The translations under genes were made by a program, and so were the position numbers. This document shows, piece after piece, positions 46,101-59,780 of a stretch of DNA of 64,000 bases. How positions within the stretch are numbered: the stretch's first letter is position 1; each line of letters begins with the position of its first letter. Under the pieces are notes generated by a model. It was not told the origin of the DNA. It ran no database searches and saw only the letters and a program-made list of their open reading frames with translations. Source of the DNA: Malacoraja senta (lineage: Eukaryota); the NCBI GenBank assembly GCA_038087875.1, contig JAXLNO010001237.1, forward strand, positions 124,001 through 188,000. Direction: 5' to 3'.

Positions 46101-49100
46101 GTCTAAGTATAAATCCCCCACCATTATAAGCCTATTGCTCTTGTATTGGATGTGGACCATTGGCTTAAAGCTTGATCTGCAGTACAATTCTGCTCCATTT
46201 GGGGAAATTTGTACGGAGGATGCAGTTGTAAGAAAAACAGAGTGTAACAGCAAGAACTTCCAACTTTCAACATCAGGCCCTACGACCCATGATGTCTGCG
46301 CTGAACATGCTGCCTTCTTAAACTAATCTCTTCTGCCTGCACATCCCTCCATTTCCTGCATAATTACTTGCCTATCTAAAAGGTTCTTAAATGCTACAAT
46401 CGTATCCACAATCACCACTGACAGTACATTCCAGGTGCCTAAATATAGTTTAAAAAAATGGCTTTCTATCTTCTTTAAATTTTTCTCTTCTTAAACCTAA
46501 TGTTTAAGAGTGGCATGGTGGTGCAGCGGTAGAGTTGCTGCCTTACAGAGCTTACAGCACCTAAGACCCGGGTTTGATCCTGACTACGGATGCTGTCTGT
46601 ACCGAATTTGTACGTTCTCCCCGTGACCGGGTTGGTTTTCTCTGAGATCTTTGGTTTCCTCCCACACTCCAAAGACATATAGGTTTGTAGGTTAATTGGC
46701 TTGGTATCAATGTAAAATTGTCCCTAATGTGTGTTGGATAGTGTTAATGTATATATAATCTGCTGGATCTTCTGGCAGCCTTCTTCACTGTCCACAACCC
46801 CATACATTTTTGTGTTATTTGTAAACGTACTGGCATAGGAGCTGAACCCCACTGATCTCACTCTCCTACATGTCCTTCTCCTTGTTGAATACTGATGCAA
46901 AGTACTCCTTTAGTACCTCACCTGCATCCTCTGACTCCAAGCATAAAATCTCTCCTTTTGCACCGTGTGATCCTATCTTCTCGCTAGTAACCCACTTGTT
47001 TAAATGTGTGTATTAAATGCCTTGGGATTGTTGTTAATTCTGCTTGTCTGGGGCATTTCATGTCCCCTTTGGTCATCCTACTTCCTTGCTTTAGTTCATT
47101 CCTGCTTTCTTTATATTCCTTAAAGTTTCTGTCTGATTTCATCTTCCTACATATTACAAATGCTTCTGTTTCCTTTTTGGCCAAATTTACAAAGTTTTGT
47201 TGCCTGCCTCCCATTCATTCTCTTCTCCTTATGGAACATACCAGTCTCAAGTAACCCCAGCATTCCATCTCTCTCTATCCCTCCCCCACCCAAGTCGCAC
47301 CAGCTTCTCGTTTTCACCTAACAAACAGCTAACAATGGCCTGTTTCCTTTATCATCGTTATTTGTTGCATATCTTTCGTTCATTGTTCATTATCTCTCTA
47401 CATCATCATCTATATCTCTAGTTTCCCTTATCCCTAACTAGTCTGAAGAAGGGTCTCGACCCAAAAAATGTCACCCATTACTTCTCTCCAGAGATGTGGC
47501 CTGCCCTGCTGAGTTACTCCAGCTTTTTGTGTCTATCTTCGCTTTAAACCAGCATCTGCAATTCCTTCCTACTCATACCAGTCTTGAACTTTGGTCTTCA
47601 AATGACTCCCACGTTAGATGTGGACTGACCCAAGAACAGCTGCTCCCAAATTACTCTCTCTATTTGGTGAGCAATAGTGTTGTAATTTGCTCTCCCCCAG
47701 TCCAGACGTATCCTTATTCAGAACTATCTTAAAAATCTGATGGAGTTGTGAACACTGTTCCAAAAATGTTCTCCCACTGAAATGCCAATCACCATTACCA
47801 CTTCCTGACCCTCTACTGCCCGCACATGGAGATCTAGCAAAAACCTCAAACTAAATGAATATCATATCATAAGATCATAAGTGATCAGTGATAGGAGCAG
47901 AAATAGGTCATTCAGCCCATCAAGTCTACTCCACCATTCAATCATGGCTGATCTATCTCTCCCTCCCAACCCCATTCTCCTGCCTTCTCCCCATAACCTC
48001 TGATACCGTACTAATCAATATTGTTATCCGAATTAGTAAGCCTAGAAATAGATAATGAATTAGTTTAAGAACTGATATAGAACCTATTCAGTATGTAGGA
48101 TCTACAGATATCAAAGCTATCAAACTGGACATAACTTACAGCTTAATGTTCCAGGTTTTTGATGTTTCAGGTGTGGTAGAGAGGGAGGTAAATGTACTGG
48201 AGGAATTGCACTATTAATTGATGAAGGTTAGGCAGTGGATGTTGTAGACATGGATATTAGTAAGGCTTTTGATAAGTTCTCTCATGATAAGCTGATCCAG
48301 AAATGTAAGATTTCTGGAATTCACGATGACTTGGTCATATGCATTCAGAAATGGCTTAATCATAGAAGACACAGGGACGTGGAAGGAAGATATTCTGGCT
48401 GGAGGTCTGTGACTAGTGGGAATCTGCTATTCTAAGCCAAGGTTCTTTGCCACAATTGCTCTGTGGGAAAACCCTCATTAACAATGTGTAACTGACAGAG
48501 GTGGGAGATGAGGACAAGGGGACCCCTATCCTTGTTTTGGGTAGATTGAGAGGGAATGAGAGCAGAAATGTGAGACTTGGTACATGAACAGTTGAGAGTC
48601 TTGTCAGCATTCACAGTCTTTTTCACAGACATAGGGGAAGGAGATAGAGAGCTCAGTAATATGGCTTGAAGACGACAACTTCTCCCTCATTGTCAGTGAT
48701 GATGATGAAACGTTTGTGGATATTGCCTCCGTTTAATTTGTAGAAAGGATTTCATTAGGTTCCAAAAATGTGAACACACAAAATATGACGTAACTTTGCA
48801 AAACAAGAGACAGAGAAGTTCCATGCTTCGCTGAGTGTGTCAAATGGCAATCCTTGGTAATCCTGAGGGATCTGCACTTTTAACCTGATGGGAGAATTCA
48901 GAGTTATATATAAAATCAAAATCAGATCTGAAGGAAAATCCTGGAAGCATTTAGCGGGTCAGGCAGCAAAGTGGCGAGTGAAACTCAGTTCATAGTTTAG
49001 ACAGTGACCGGATGATGTTCACACTTGTTCACATGATGTTCCATGTTTACAGACACGACTGAATTAGGAAGCAGAGGATGTCATGCAAATTGCAAAGATA

Positions 49101-49576
49101 CAGGCTGAGGCATTGAGTGGCCAGACTATGGAAGATGGAATTTATTGAGGGAAAATATGTCGCCATATATTTTAGATCCATCAATATCAAACCACTCTCT
49201 TCTTAACGCATGTTATCCCAGTTATATTGAACATCATTTGGTGGTATATGTAAATTAATTATTCATGGCACCCAATCTATCATTCATGCCAGAAATGCCT
49301 TTACTCACCACTGATGTTAAACAATAGTCTTATCTTTTCAGGATCTTCCAGTGTCCAGTTGCTCTCTAATGCCTATCCCAAAGGAGTGGTGGTGTGCTCT
49401 GATCCAGAATGCCCTGATGCGATCAGGGGGTTTGGCTAGAAGGAACTAACCAAGTTGGCCCTGCCCAAAATCTATCACTTCCCTGTGTATAGGAATGAAC
49501 TGTAGATGCTGATTTACACCGAAGGTAGACACAAAATACTGGAGTAACTCAGCAACTCTGGAAAAAAGGAATAGGT

Positions 49577-49604
49577 GACGTTTCAGGACGAGACCCTTCT
49601 TCAG
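49577..49604 (-). ncRNA. Minimal hammerhead ribozyme core in a Penelope-like tail
   Basis: CTGAAGA-AGGGTCTCGTCCT-GAAAC-GTC. A further core lies on + at 49852-49879; degenerate ones near 15144, 19085, 47443 and 52440-52505. Confidence 0.6.
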
Positions 49605-50523
49605 AGCCACAGAGGAGTAGCAGCGGGAAAGGGTGTTGCAGAACTCCCATCAGAGGAGAGCCTCTTCGAAATAGGCATACCTTGAGGACATTTTGCAGCG
49701 GAACAGACAAAGATTGTTGGAAGTTTACATTGGAGATAGAAACAAAATGTTCTGGTAACTCAGCAGGTCAGGAAGCATCTTTGGGGAAAAGGAACAGATG
49801 TCATTTTGGGTCTAGACCCTTCTTCAGACATGAAGAAGGTCTGAAGTTGGTCTGAAGAAGGGTCTCGACCCGAAATGTCACCAATCCTTTTCTCCAGAGA
49901 TGCTGCCTGACCCACTGAGTTACTCCAGCATGTTGTGTCCATCTATCACTTCACACTCCTCTGGATTGAAATCCACATGCCACCCAATCAATGGACAATC
50001 TAGTGCTGCCCTCCTGTGGCTGCAAACATTCTTCTTCACTATCAGTAACACTGCCATTTTTTGATAATAACTGCAAGCTTCATAAATTTGGTATTTTATT
50101 TTCAAATCAAAAGAATCATTTCTAAAGCTCACATGAAGCACGAGGCTGGGGAGAACCAATCCATAGAGCCTTCCATTCAAAAATTCTCTCAGCATCCGTC
50201 ATCCAGTTTCGCTCAAGCAGCTACTTCTCAACCCCTCCCACTCTCTGCTAATCTTTTCCCCCTCATCATGCCTTTAATGCTTCTGCAATTATTTTTAATT
50301 TTGGTTCACTTTTTTGATCACACTACAAAGAGAAGTAGGTAATTCCTAACCAGGCCCCTCATGTTTCTCTCACCATTCAATATGATCATGGCTGATCTGC
50401 CCAGAACTCATCTCATCTTCTGTGCACAATCGCCCTCAATCCTCCCGATCCCTCAAAAGGTTATCTACCTCCACCTTAAGAACGTCAAATGGTCTAGCTT
50501 GTACAACTCCCTGAGGCAGAGCT

Positions 50524-50839
50524 TAGTGCAGTTTAGAGATACAGTGCGGAAACAGGCCCTTCGGCCCACTGAATCCACACTGACCAGCGATCCCTGCACA
50601 TTAACACTATCATAAATAAACTAGGGACAATTTACACTTAAACCAAGCCAATTAACCTGCAAATCTGGACGCCTTTGGAGTGTGGGAGGAAACTGAAGAT
50701 CTCTGAGAAAACCCACACGGTAATGGGGAGAACGTACAAACTCTGTACAGACAGCACCCGCATTCGGGATCAAACCCAGGTCTCTGGCGCTGCAAGCGCA
50801 GTAAGGCAGCAACTCTACCGCTGCACCACCGTGCCGCCC
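50524..50839 (-). mobile_element. Full-length HE1-like V-SINE
   Basis: Head GGGCGGCACGGTGGTGCAGCGGTAGAGTTG, conserved central domain and tail. Further copies at about 15928-16025, 43680-43991 and 46510-46756. Confidence 0.8.
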
Positions 50840-50899
50840 AATTTCAGAAATTCACTACTCTCTGCAAAAATGTCTACACACCTTAGTGTGTTAAATTTT

Positions 50900-52350
50900 T
50901 TTATTTAAAATATTGTTTTTATTAGAAGCAATTGTACAGAGATAAAACATTCGGCATCTAAAATTATACAATAATTGTACAGCTTCATTTTTAACCTTAT
51001 AACCTAAATTATGAAAATGAAAAAAGAAAAGAAAAAGATAACAAGAGAGAAAAAAGTAGAAAGTGAAAAGATAGATTGAAGAAGAACAAAAGAGAATCCC
51101 CTAAACTACCAAAGTAGTGTGGCAGAAAGATATAGAAAGAAGAAAAAAGAAAATGAAAAGTGGAGATATACCTTGCCCCTCGTCTCCACTGCCCGCCTCA
51201 CCCAACCCAGCATCGGACTTAAATTTAAATTTGTGTTGCACCATGCTATTGTTGTAAGAATTCGGTAAAGGGTGTCCATGTCTTAAGAAATTGATCTGTT
51301 TTTTCCGTCAAGGCAAGCCTAATATTTTCCAAATGTACTGTCTCCGACATGTTTGTGATCCACATCTTCACTGTAGGGACTGTTGTCTGTTTCCAAAATG
51401 TAAGTGTTAATTTTTTCGCTGTTATTAGGCGAAAAAACGTCTTTGAAATATCGCTAGCTCAGAACAGGCCTCTGGCATACCGAGTGTGATCAGTTTTATG
51501 TCGGGATCCAATTTAGTTTAAAGTATTTTGGAAAAGATATCAAAAATTCCCCTCCAGAAGTTTAGAAATTTTGTGCAGGAAACAAAAGTTATTGTGTTAA
51601 ATGACCGGGCATTTATTGTAATATGTTCCCTCAGTCAAGATTCTCTCACAAGTGCAAACATCTAAGCATCTACCCCATCACGCGGGATCACCAGCTGATG
51701 TTGTAATAAAAGAGACCAGAGATGACCGATACTAAATGTGGTAACTTTTAATAGCGATCTGTATGATTGGTCAAACGGAGATTTGCCGTAGGGGGGAAGT
51801 TTAAGCTATCTCTGATAAAGAAATGGATAGAGATAGTGAAAAGACACCAACCCCCAAAGAAGGAGGAAGCAGGTGATAAACAAAGAGGGAAATAAGGGTC
51901 CTGTGTCTATAACACAAAAGCAGGTGGTACTGTGGTTAGTTATAGTTGTACTGCTGTATATAACTTTAAGATTAAAGGACAAAATAACTCTTACGTCCCT
52001 CTGGAGCAACAGCAAGGGACCGCCCAACAGGGATGGTATCCAGTCCTTTACTGATAATTTTATAATCTCTAGAACGGATTCACTGCCGATACTGAGAAGA
52101 CAGGCTCTGTGCAAACTGGGAGCGGTCTTACACTGCACCGCAGATGGTATGTTTATGGAACTACCTCAAATTCGGACCCATCAATTGTTAATTTAATTAA
52201 TACGGAAAAACAAGGGCAAAATGCACTCATCCTATACTGTAGGCAATTGAGTAGCAATCCGTACAGTCAATTGGTCAGCCATCTTCATTGTGCTCTGCAA
52301 AGAGTGCAGGATCCAAAAGGTCAGTATTTACAGTATCTTGTCGAAACCAG
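50900..52350 (-). mobile_element. Degenerate L1-clade 3' fragment
   Basis: T-rich tail at about 50900 and ORF2 C-terminal-like sequence resembling the intact L1; no long ORF. Confidence 0.6.
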
Positions 52351-53089
52351 CTGAGAACATAAGCGAACGCATTGCATGGCATTACATACACAAAAAGCTG
52401 GAATAACTCTGGGGCAGGCAGCATCCCTGGAGAGAAGGAATGGGTGATTTTTCAGGTCGAGATCCTTCTTCAGATGAGATGTTTCAGGTCGAGATCCTTC
52501 TTCAGATATATATGTATATATACACACACTGAACCTTTTTTTTTCTCGTTTATTATGTTATTTACAGTATACTATGTTGACATATTCTGTTGTGCTGATG
52601 AAATAAAGAATGTTATTCTATCTGGGACATATGACAATAAAACACTCTTGACTCCTGACATCTATCCTGCACTCCAAGAAACAATCTGGTTGATGGGCAC
52701 AATGGTGGATATTCTGCCACTATTTCTCCTGAATTTCCCCAGCACTTAGAGAATGTTTAAACTTTTCCTAGCACCCTAGTTACCTAAAGAAAGAGACCTG
52801 CCTTTTACAATTCATATTTTGAAACATGTTTCGAAATAACGGTGTTCCTCATTGCTTAAATACAACTGCAATAATAGTTAGAAAAAGGAACTTGCAAGTC
52901 CATTTTAACTCTTGAACTTCTACAGATATACAGTTGAGACCATATTGAATGGTTGCATCAGGGTTCGGCCACTCAAACACCCAGGAGTGAAGATTGCAAA
53001 AACTGGTGAACGTTGCCCAGTTCATCATGGGTTCTGACCTCCCCACCATCAAAGGAAGTTACAGGAATCACTGCTTCAAAAAGGCAATA

Positions 53090-54350
53090 GACAATAGACA
53101 ATAGGTGCAGGAGTAGGCCATTCTGCCCATCAAGCCAGCACCGCCATTCAATGTGATCATGGCTTAGCATTCCCAATCAGTACCCGGGTTCCTGCCTTCT
53201 CTCCATATCCCCTGACTCCGCTATCTTTTAGAGCACAATCAAGCTCTCTCTTGAAAGTATCCAGAGAACCGGCCTTCACCGACCTCTGAGGCAGAGAATT
53301 CCACACTCACAACTCTATGTGAGAAAAAGTGTTTCCTCGTCTCCGTTCTAAATGGCTTACCCCTTATTCTTAAACTGTGGACCCTGGTTCATAAACTCAT
53401 GGATATTTATGAATATTCTGCATATTCATTCCCAATTTGTACTCATTTTCTTTTCATCTGAGCTCCACACTTCCACTCAGCACTGAAATGACCAACAATC
53501 CTTTTGGTAAAAGCAACTGCACAGAAGTACAAACATTGAATGTCAATGGATAAATCCTGTTCTATGTAAGTGTTTGTTGACGGTAACTGTGTTAAACTGA
53601 GCAGTATATCAGGAACTAAGCTAGTATTTTAGTAACATTCATTTAGTATAGTCAATAGATAATAAACAAGAGACAATAGGTGCAGGAGTAGGCCATTTGG
53701 CCCTTTGAGCCAGCACCGCCTTTCACTGTGATCATCCACAATCAGTACCCCTTTCCTGCCTTCTCCCCATATCCCTTGACTCCGCTATCTTTAGAGCTCT
53801 ATCGAACTCTCTCTTGAAAGCATCCAGAGAATTGGCCTCCACTGCCTTCTGAGGCAGAGAATTCCACAGATTCGTAACTCTCTGGGTGAAAAAGTTTTTC
53901 CTCATCTCCGCTTTAAATGGCCTACCACTTATTTTTTAAATATGGCCCCTGGTTCTGGACTCCCCCAACATCGGGAACATGTTTCCTGCCTCTAGCATGT
54001 CCAATCCCTTGATAATCTTATATGTTTCAATAAGATAACCTCTCACCCTTCTAAACTCCAGAGTATACAAGCCCAGCCGCTCCATTCGCTCAGCATATGA
54101 CAGTCCCGCCATCCGGGGAATTAACCTTGTAAACCTACGCTGCACTCCCTCAATCGCAAGAATGTCCTTCCTCAAATTAGGGGACCAAAACTGCACACAA
54201 TACTCCAGGTGTGGTCTCACTTGGGCCCTATACAACTGCAGAAGGACCTATTTGCTCCTATATTCAATTCCTCTTGTTATAAAGGGCATCATGCCATTCG
54301 CTTTCTTCACTGCCTGCTGTATCTGCATGCTTACTTTCATTGACTGATAA
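53090..54350 (-). mobile_element. Two CR1 3' fragments (53090-53388, 53660-54350) bracketing the orphan leader paralog
   Basis: CR1 3' ends and an RPHLEYCVQFWSP ORF fragment. Confidence 0.85.
53391..53650 (-). pseudogene. Orphan paralog of the receptor promoter/leader region
   Basis: Co-linear with 42722-42987 at roughly 75-80% by eye. ATG has become ATA, the GT donor is lost, it is flanked by CR1 copies on both sides, and no V exon follows. Confidence 0.75.
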
Positions 54351-54447
54351 ACTAGGGAGCATGTTGGTGTCTGTAAAAAGCTTTTAGAGGCACCAAATGT
54401 GACAAAAGGATCATAAAGACACAAGTGTGCTGGTTTACACCAAAGAT

Positions 54448-57400
54448 AGTCAAGTCAAGTCAAGTCAAGTTTATTCGTCACATACACATACGAGATGTGC
54501 AGTGAAATGAAAAGTGGCAATGCTCGCGGACTTTGTGCAATAAAACAAACAAACAAACAAACAAACTACAAACAGAATAGAACAGAATCACATATTCTTT
54601 TACATATTAAATATTGTGGGCGGAAGGAAAAAAAACAACCCAGCAATTAAAAAACAACAAAAACCAGTAGAGTGGTCCAGTGAAGTTAGTCCCTGGTGAG
54701 ATAGGAGTTTACAGTCCTAATGGCCTCTGGGAAGAAACTCCTTCTCAACCTCTCTGTTCTCACAGCATGGCAAAGGAGACGTTTGCCTGGCCGTAGCAGC
54801 TGGAACAGTCCGTTGCAGGGGTGGAAGGGGTCTCCCATGATCTTATGGCTCTGGAGTTGCACCTCCTGATGTATAGTTGACTACACTCATTGACAATATA
54901 TTTAACAATGATTTGGAAAATAAAATAGTAAGTGGATTATTAATTAATGATATAAGTGACCATCTGCCAGTTTTTGTAGTTTATGATGGTGTCCACAGGA
55001 ATAACAAACCAAGCAGATTAATAGAATATAGAAGAGTGAGATCGGAGGAAGCTATCAATGCACTAAAAAAGGATCTATTGGCACAAAACTGGGATATAAT
55101 ATACCAAAAAAGAGACATTGATAGTGCTTATGAAACATTTATTGATATGTTTAAGTTATTATATGATAAAAATTGTCCAATTAAAGAATATAATAGAAAA
55201 TCAAAATATAATAAATGTCCATGGATTACAAAGGGATTACAAAATGCTTGTAAAAAAAAAAATGGCCTATACAGAGATTTTATAAGAGAGAGAACTAAAG
55301 ATACAGAAAATAAATATAAAAAGTATAAAAATAAATTAACTTAGATCATAAGAGAAAGCAAGAAAGATTATTATAAGAAGAAATTAGATGACAATAAAGA
55401 CAATATAAAAAGAATATGGAGCATACTTAATAGCATTATCCAAAATGGTCCGGGGAGAACAAATTACCCGAAGTATTTTATTGATAAGGATAAGGAAATT
55501 TACAACATGGAAGATATAGCTAATAGCTTTAATAATTTTTTTGTTAATATTGGACCAGACCTGGCTAAACAAATCCCTGATTCAGGGACATCTGGAGAAA
55601 CACCTGAGAAATTAGTGGAAAGAAATCCCTGCTCTATGTTTCTTACGGCAGTAGAAGAGAAAGAACTGCTGGATATTGTCAAAACATGTAAAAATAAGAA
55701 GTCTACCGATTTCAATGACATTGACATGTCGCTAGTTAAGATGGTCATTGAGGGGATCTCCAAACCTTTAACATTCATCTGTAATTTATCCTTCCAGACC
55801 GGAACTTTTCCAATTAAAATGAAAATAGCAAAAATAATACCAATATACAAAACAGGGAACAAGCATCATTTTACAAACTATAGACCTGTTTCCTTACTCC
55901 CACAATTTTCCAAAATATTAGAAAAAATGTTTAATAATAGACTAGACAAATTTGTAGAAAATAATAAATTATTAACAGAAAGTCAATATGGATTCAGAAC
56001 AAATAGATCAACATCACTTGCAATACTAGAATTAATTGAAGACATCACAAACGCCATTGATAAGAAATTATATGCAGCTGGGATATTCATTGACATAAAA
56101 AAAGCATTTGATACAATTAATCATGATATTTTATTTAAAAAATTGGAGAGGTATGGAATTAGAGGAATAGTACTGGACTGGATTAAAAGCTACTTAAGTA
56201 ACAGGCAACAGTTTGTAAATCTGGGTAGTCATAATTCTACATGTTTGGACATTGTGTGTGGTGTACCACAGGGGTCAGTGCTGGGCCCAAAATTATTTAT
56301 CATGTACATAAATGATATTTGTAATGTGTCCAATGTCTTGAGGCTGGTTTTGTTTGCAGATGATACAAATATTTTTTGCTCTGGAGAAAATTTAAAAAGG
56401 CTATTGGATAAAATAATAAAAGAAATGGGTAAATTGAAAATATGGTTTGATAGTAATAAAATTTCATTAAATCTGAGTAAAACTAAAATAATGTTATTTG
56501 GTAATTGTAGAATAAGTCCCCTAGTAAGTATAAAGATAAATGGGGTGGAAGTTGAAAGAGTGCATGAAAATAAATTTCTTGGGGTTATAATTGACGATAA
56601 AATAAGCTGGAAATCACATATTAAACATGTAAAATTAAAATTATCAAAAAGTATCTCTGTATTATACAAAGCCAAGCAAGCTCTGGATTACAAATCACTC
56701 CGTATTCTTTATTGTACATTAATTTTACCCTACTTAAATTATTGTACAGAGGTCTGGGGAAATAATTATAAAAATTCGATACACTCATTAACCATGATGC
56801 AAAAAAGAGCAATTCGTATTATCCATAATGCTAAGTATCTGGGTCATACGAATCCATTATTTTTAGAGTCAAAATTATTAAAATTAGAAGATTTGGTCAC
56901 ATTCAAAACAGCTCAGATAATGTTTAGGGCCAAAAATAAAAATTTACCTGGAAACATTCAAAAATTATTTAACGAGCGTGTGGGGGGTTACAATTTAAGA
57001 GGAATATTTAACTTTAAGAAACAACAAGTCCGTACGACTAGAAAATCCTTTTGTATTTCGGTTTGTGGAGTAGGAGTGTGGAATAAATTGAACGGGGAAT
57101 TGAAGCAATGCACAAACATGAATCATTTTAAAATGATATATAAAAAAATAATGCTCAAGGGGTACAGGGATGGAGGGGATGGTTGACAAGTGGGGGTTGA
57201 TGTTTATCTTGTTTACAATCGTTGATGTTTATCTTGTTACTATTGTTGATGTTTATCTTGTTTACTATTGTTCACTGATGTTGGGTACTTCAAATATGAA
57301 GATTGTATGTACATAATAGTTGAATGTATATAAGTGTCTGTATGTATTATGGGAAATTGCCTAGGGCAGTACTATTATTAGTAAGGAATTGATTTTTAAA

Positions 57401-58480
57401 TACGATAGAAGTGTGGGAAAAGGGGTGAGATTTAATAAGTTATTCTTCTTCTCACTCCTTTTCGAGCTTGTACAGACTCTGAGTTGGACATTGGAACCTT
57501 GATTTTGTTCTTCTCAATTGTAAATGTTGATTGCAATGTTCAATTGTTTGATAATTTCGATTTTGTTAATATCAATGTCTTTAATGTCTTTACTTGTTCG
57601 GAATAAATAAATAAAATAAATAAATAAAAAAAAAATAGTTCCTGCAGAGGGGCGAGTGAAGTTCCCATAGTACGTTCGGCCGAACGCACTACTCTCTGCA
57701 GAGCCTCATTGTCCTGGGCAGAGCAGTTCCCAAACCAGATTGTAATATTTCCGGACAAGATGCTTTCCACAGCCGCTGAGTAGAAGCACTGGAGGATCCT
57801 CGGAGACACTCTGAATTTCCTCAATAGTCTGAGGTGGTAAAGGCGCTGCCTTGCCTTACTCACGAGTGCTGCAGCGTGTGATGTCCATGTCATATCCTCA
57901 GAGATGTGGACTCCCAGGTATTTAAAACAGCTCACCCTATCCACAGTATCCCCATTTTACCTCAATGGTGTGTACGTCTTCGGATGATGTGCCCTCCTAA
58001 AGTCCACGATCAGCTCCTTAGTTATTTTGACGTTCAAGAGGAGGCTGTTGTCCCGACACCAGAGTGCCAGATCAGCCACCTCCTCCCGGTAGGCCTTCTC
58101 ATCGTTATCTGAGATCAGGCCCACCACCACAGTGTCATCAGCAAACTTGATTATCGAGTTGGAGCTGAACCTAGACACACAGTCATGTGTATAAAGGGAG
58201 TACAATAGGGGGCTGAGGACACAACCCTGGGGGTTCCTGTGCTCAGGGTGAGGGACCTCGATGTATTCCCTCCCATCTTGACTACCTGGGGCCTGGCGGT
58301 GAGAAAGTCTAGGACCCAGGGACACAGGGGGTGTTGAGCCCTAATCCAGTAGCTTCTCGGCCAGTCTGGTGGAGACTATCGTGTTGAAGGCTGAACTGAA
58401 GTCTATGAACAGCTTCCTCATGTAGCCCCCCTTCTGGCTGTCAAGATGAGAGAGTGCTGTGTGCAAAACCTGGGAGACCG
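54448..58480 (-). mobile_element. Rex1/Babar-like LINE split by the Crack/L2 insertion
   Basis: [35 protein letters not shown] and FKYLGVHISEDMTW at 57636-58480; 3' end with (CTTGA)n tail at 54448-54878. Confidence 0.85.
54879..57634 (+). mobile_element. 5'-truncated AT-rich Crack/L2-related LINE, young
   Basis: ORFs 54877-55344 and 55507-57186 are in one frame separated by a single TAG. Motifs [20 protein letters not shown]-rich tail with ATAGTT duplicated at 54873-54878 and 57635-57640. Confidence 0.88.
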
Positions 58481-59780
58481 CATCTACACATAGACACAAA
58501 AAGCTGTAGTAACTCAGCAGGTCAGGCAGCATCTTTGGAAAATTAGGTGACATTTTGGCCTGAGAACCATCTTCAGACCAAAGAATGGTCTCGATCCGAA
58601 ACATCACCTATTCCTTTTCTCGTGCGATACTGCATGACCCGCTGAGTTACTCCAGCTTTTTGTGTCTATTGAGACAAATGTTTGGCACTGCATTAAAGAT
58701 TTACTGGAATTGTGGAAAGCATCCTAGCAAGATGCATCACAGCTTGGTTTGGCAAAGTCTACCCAAGATTGCAAGAAATTGTGGAGTTGTGGATTACAGT
58801 TTATTACAATTCAGCCACCCTCTCCCATCGACTACAACTACACTTCATGCTAACATAGTCAAGGATCTTTTTTATCCCTCTCTCTTCGGGCAGAAGATAT
58901 AAAAGCTTGAAACCACATATCACCAGATTCAGGAACAAACTCTTCCCTACTGTTATCAGACTACTGAAGAGAACTCCCTTAAACTGGGGTGTAGGCCCGA
59001 TCTTCTAACTTATCTCATTGCGGATCTTAAGACTTTTTCTCTGTAACTTGAACCAGAGGACATAGATTTAAGGTGAGGTGGGAAAGATTTAACAGGAACC
59101 TGTTGGGTAATGTTTTTACACAAAGGGTGGTAGGTGTATGGAAGGAGCTGCCAGAGGAGGTACCTGAGGCATTATCATAATGTTTCAAAAACATTTGGAC
59201 AGGTACATGGATAGGATGTATAGAGGGATATGGGCCAAACAGAGGCAGGTGGGACTAGTTTAGACGGGGCATGTTGGTTGGCATGGGCAAGTTGGTATGA
59301 CTCTAACTGTAATGCTATCATGCTGTAACATTATATTCTGTGCTCTGGTAATTTTCTCTTTACACTACCTGTTGTGTATGACTGGAGTGTACTCGTGGAA
59401 AGTGTGATTTGTCTTGAAACAAAGCTTTTCACTATATCTCAGCACACATGACAATACTAAACTCACACCGACTTGCCTTCATTGGTCGTAGTGTTGAGTA
59501 TGAAAGTTGACAAGTCATGTTGCAGCTTTATAAAGCCAGTTAGGCCTCATTTAGTATTGTGTGTACTTCAGGTCACTCCATTACAGGAGGCTTTGGTGAG
59601 GGAGCAAGAAAGGTTCACCTGGATCTGTCTGTGTATCAGCTATAAGGAGAGGTTGGACATCATGTTTTGTTTTCTCTGGGGCATTGGGGGCTGAGGGGTG
59701 ACCTGCTAGTTTATAAAATGATGAGTGGCGTAGATAGAGTAGATGAACAACGCTTTTCCAGAATGAAAACATCAAATATC

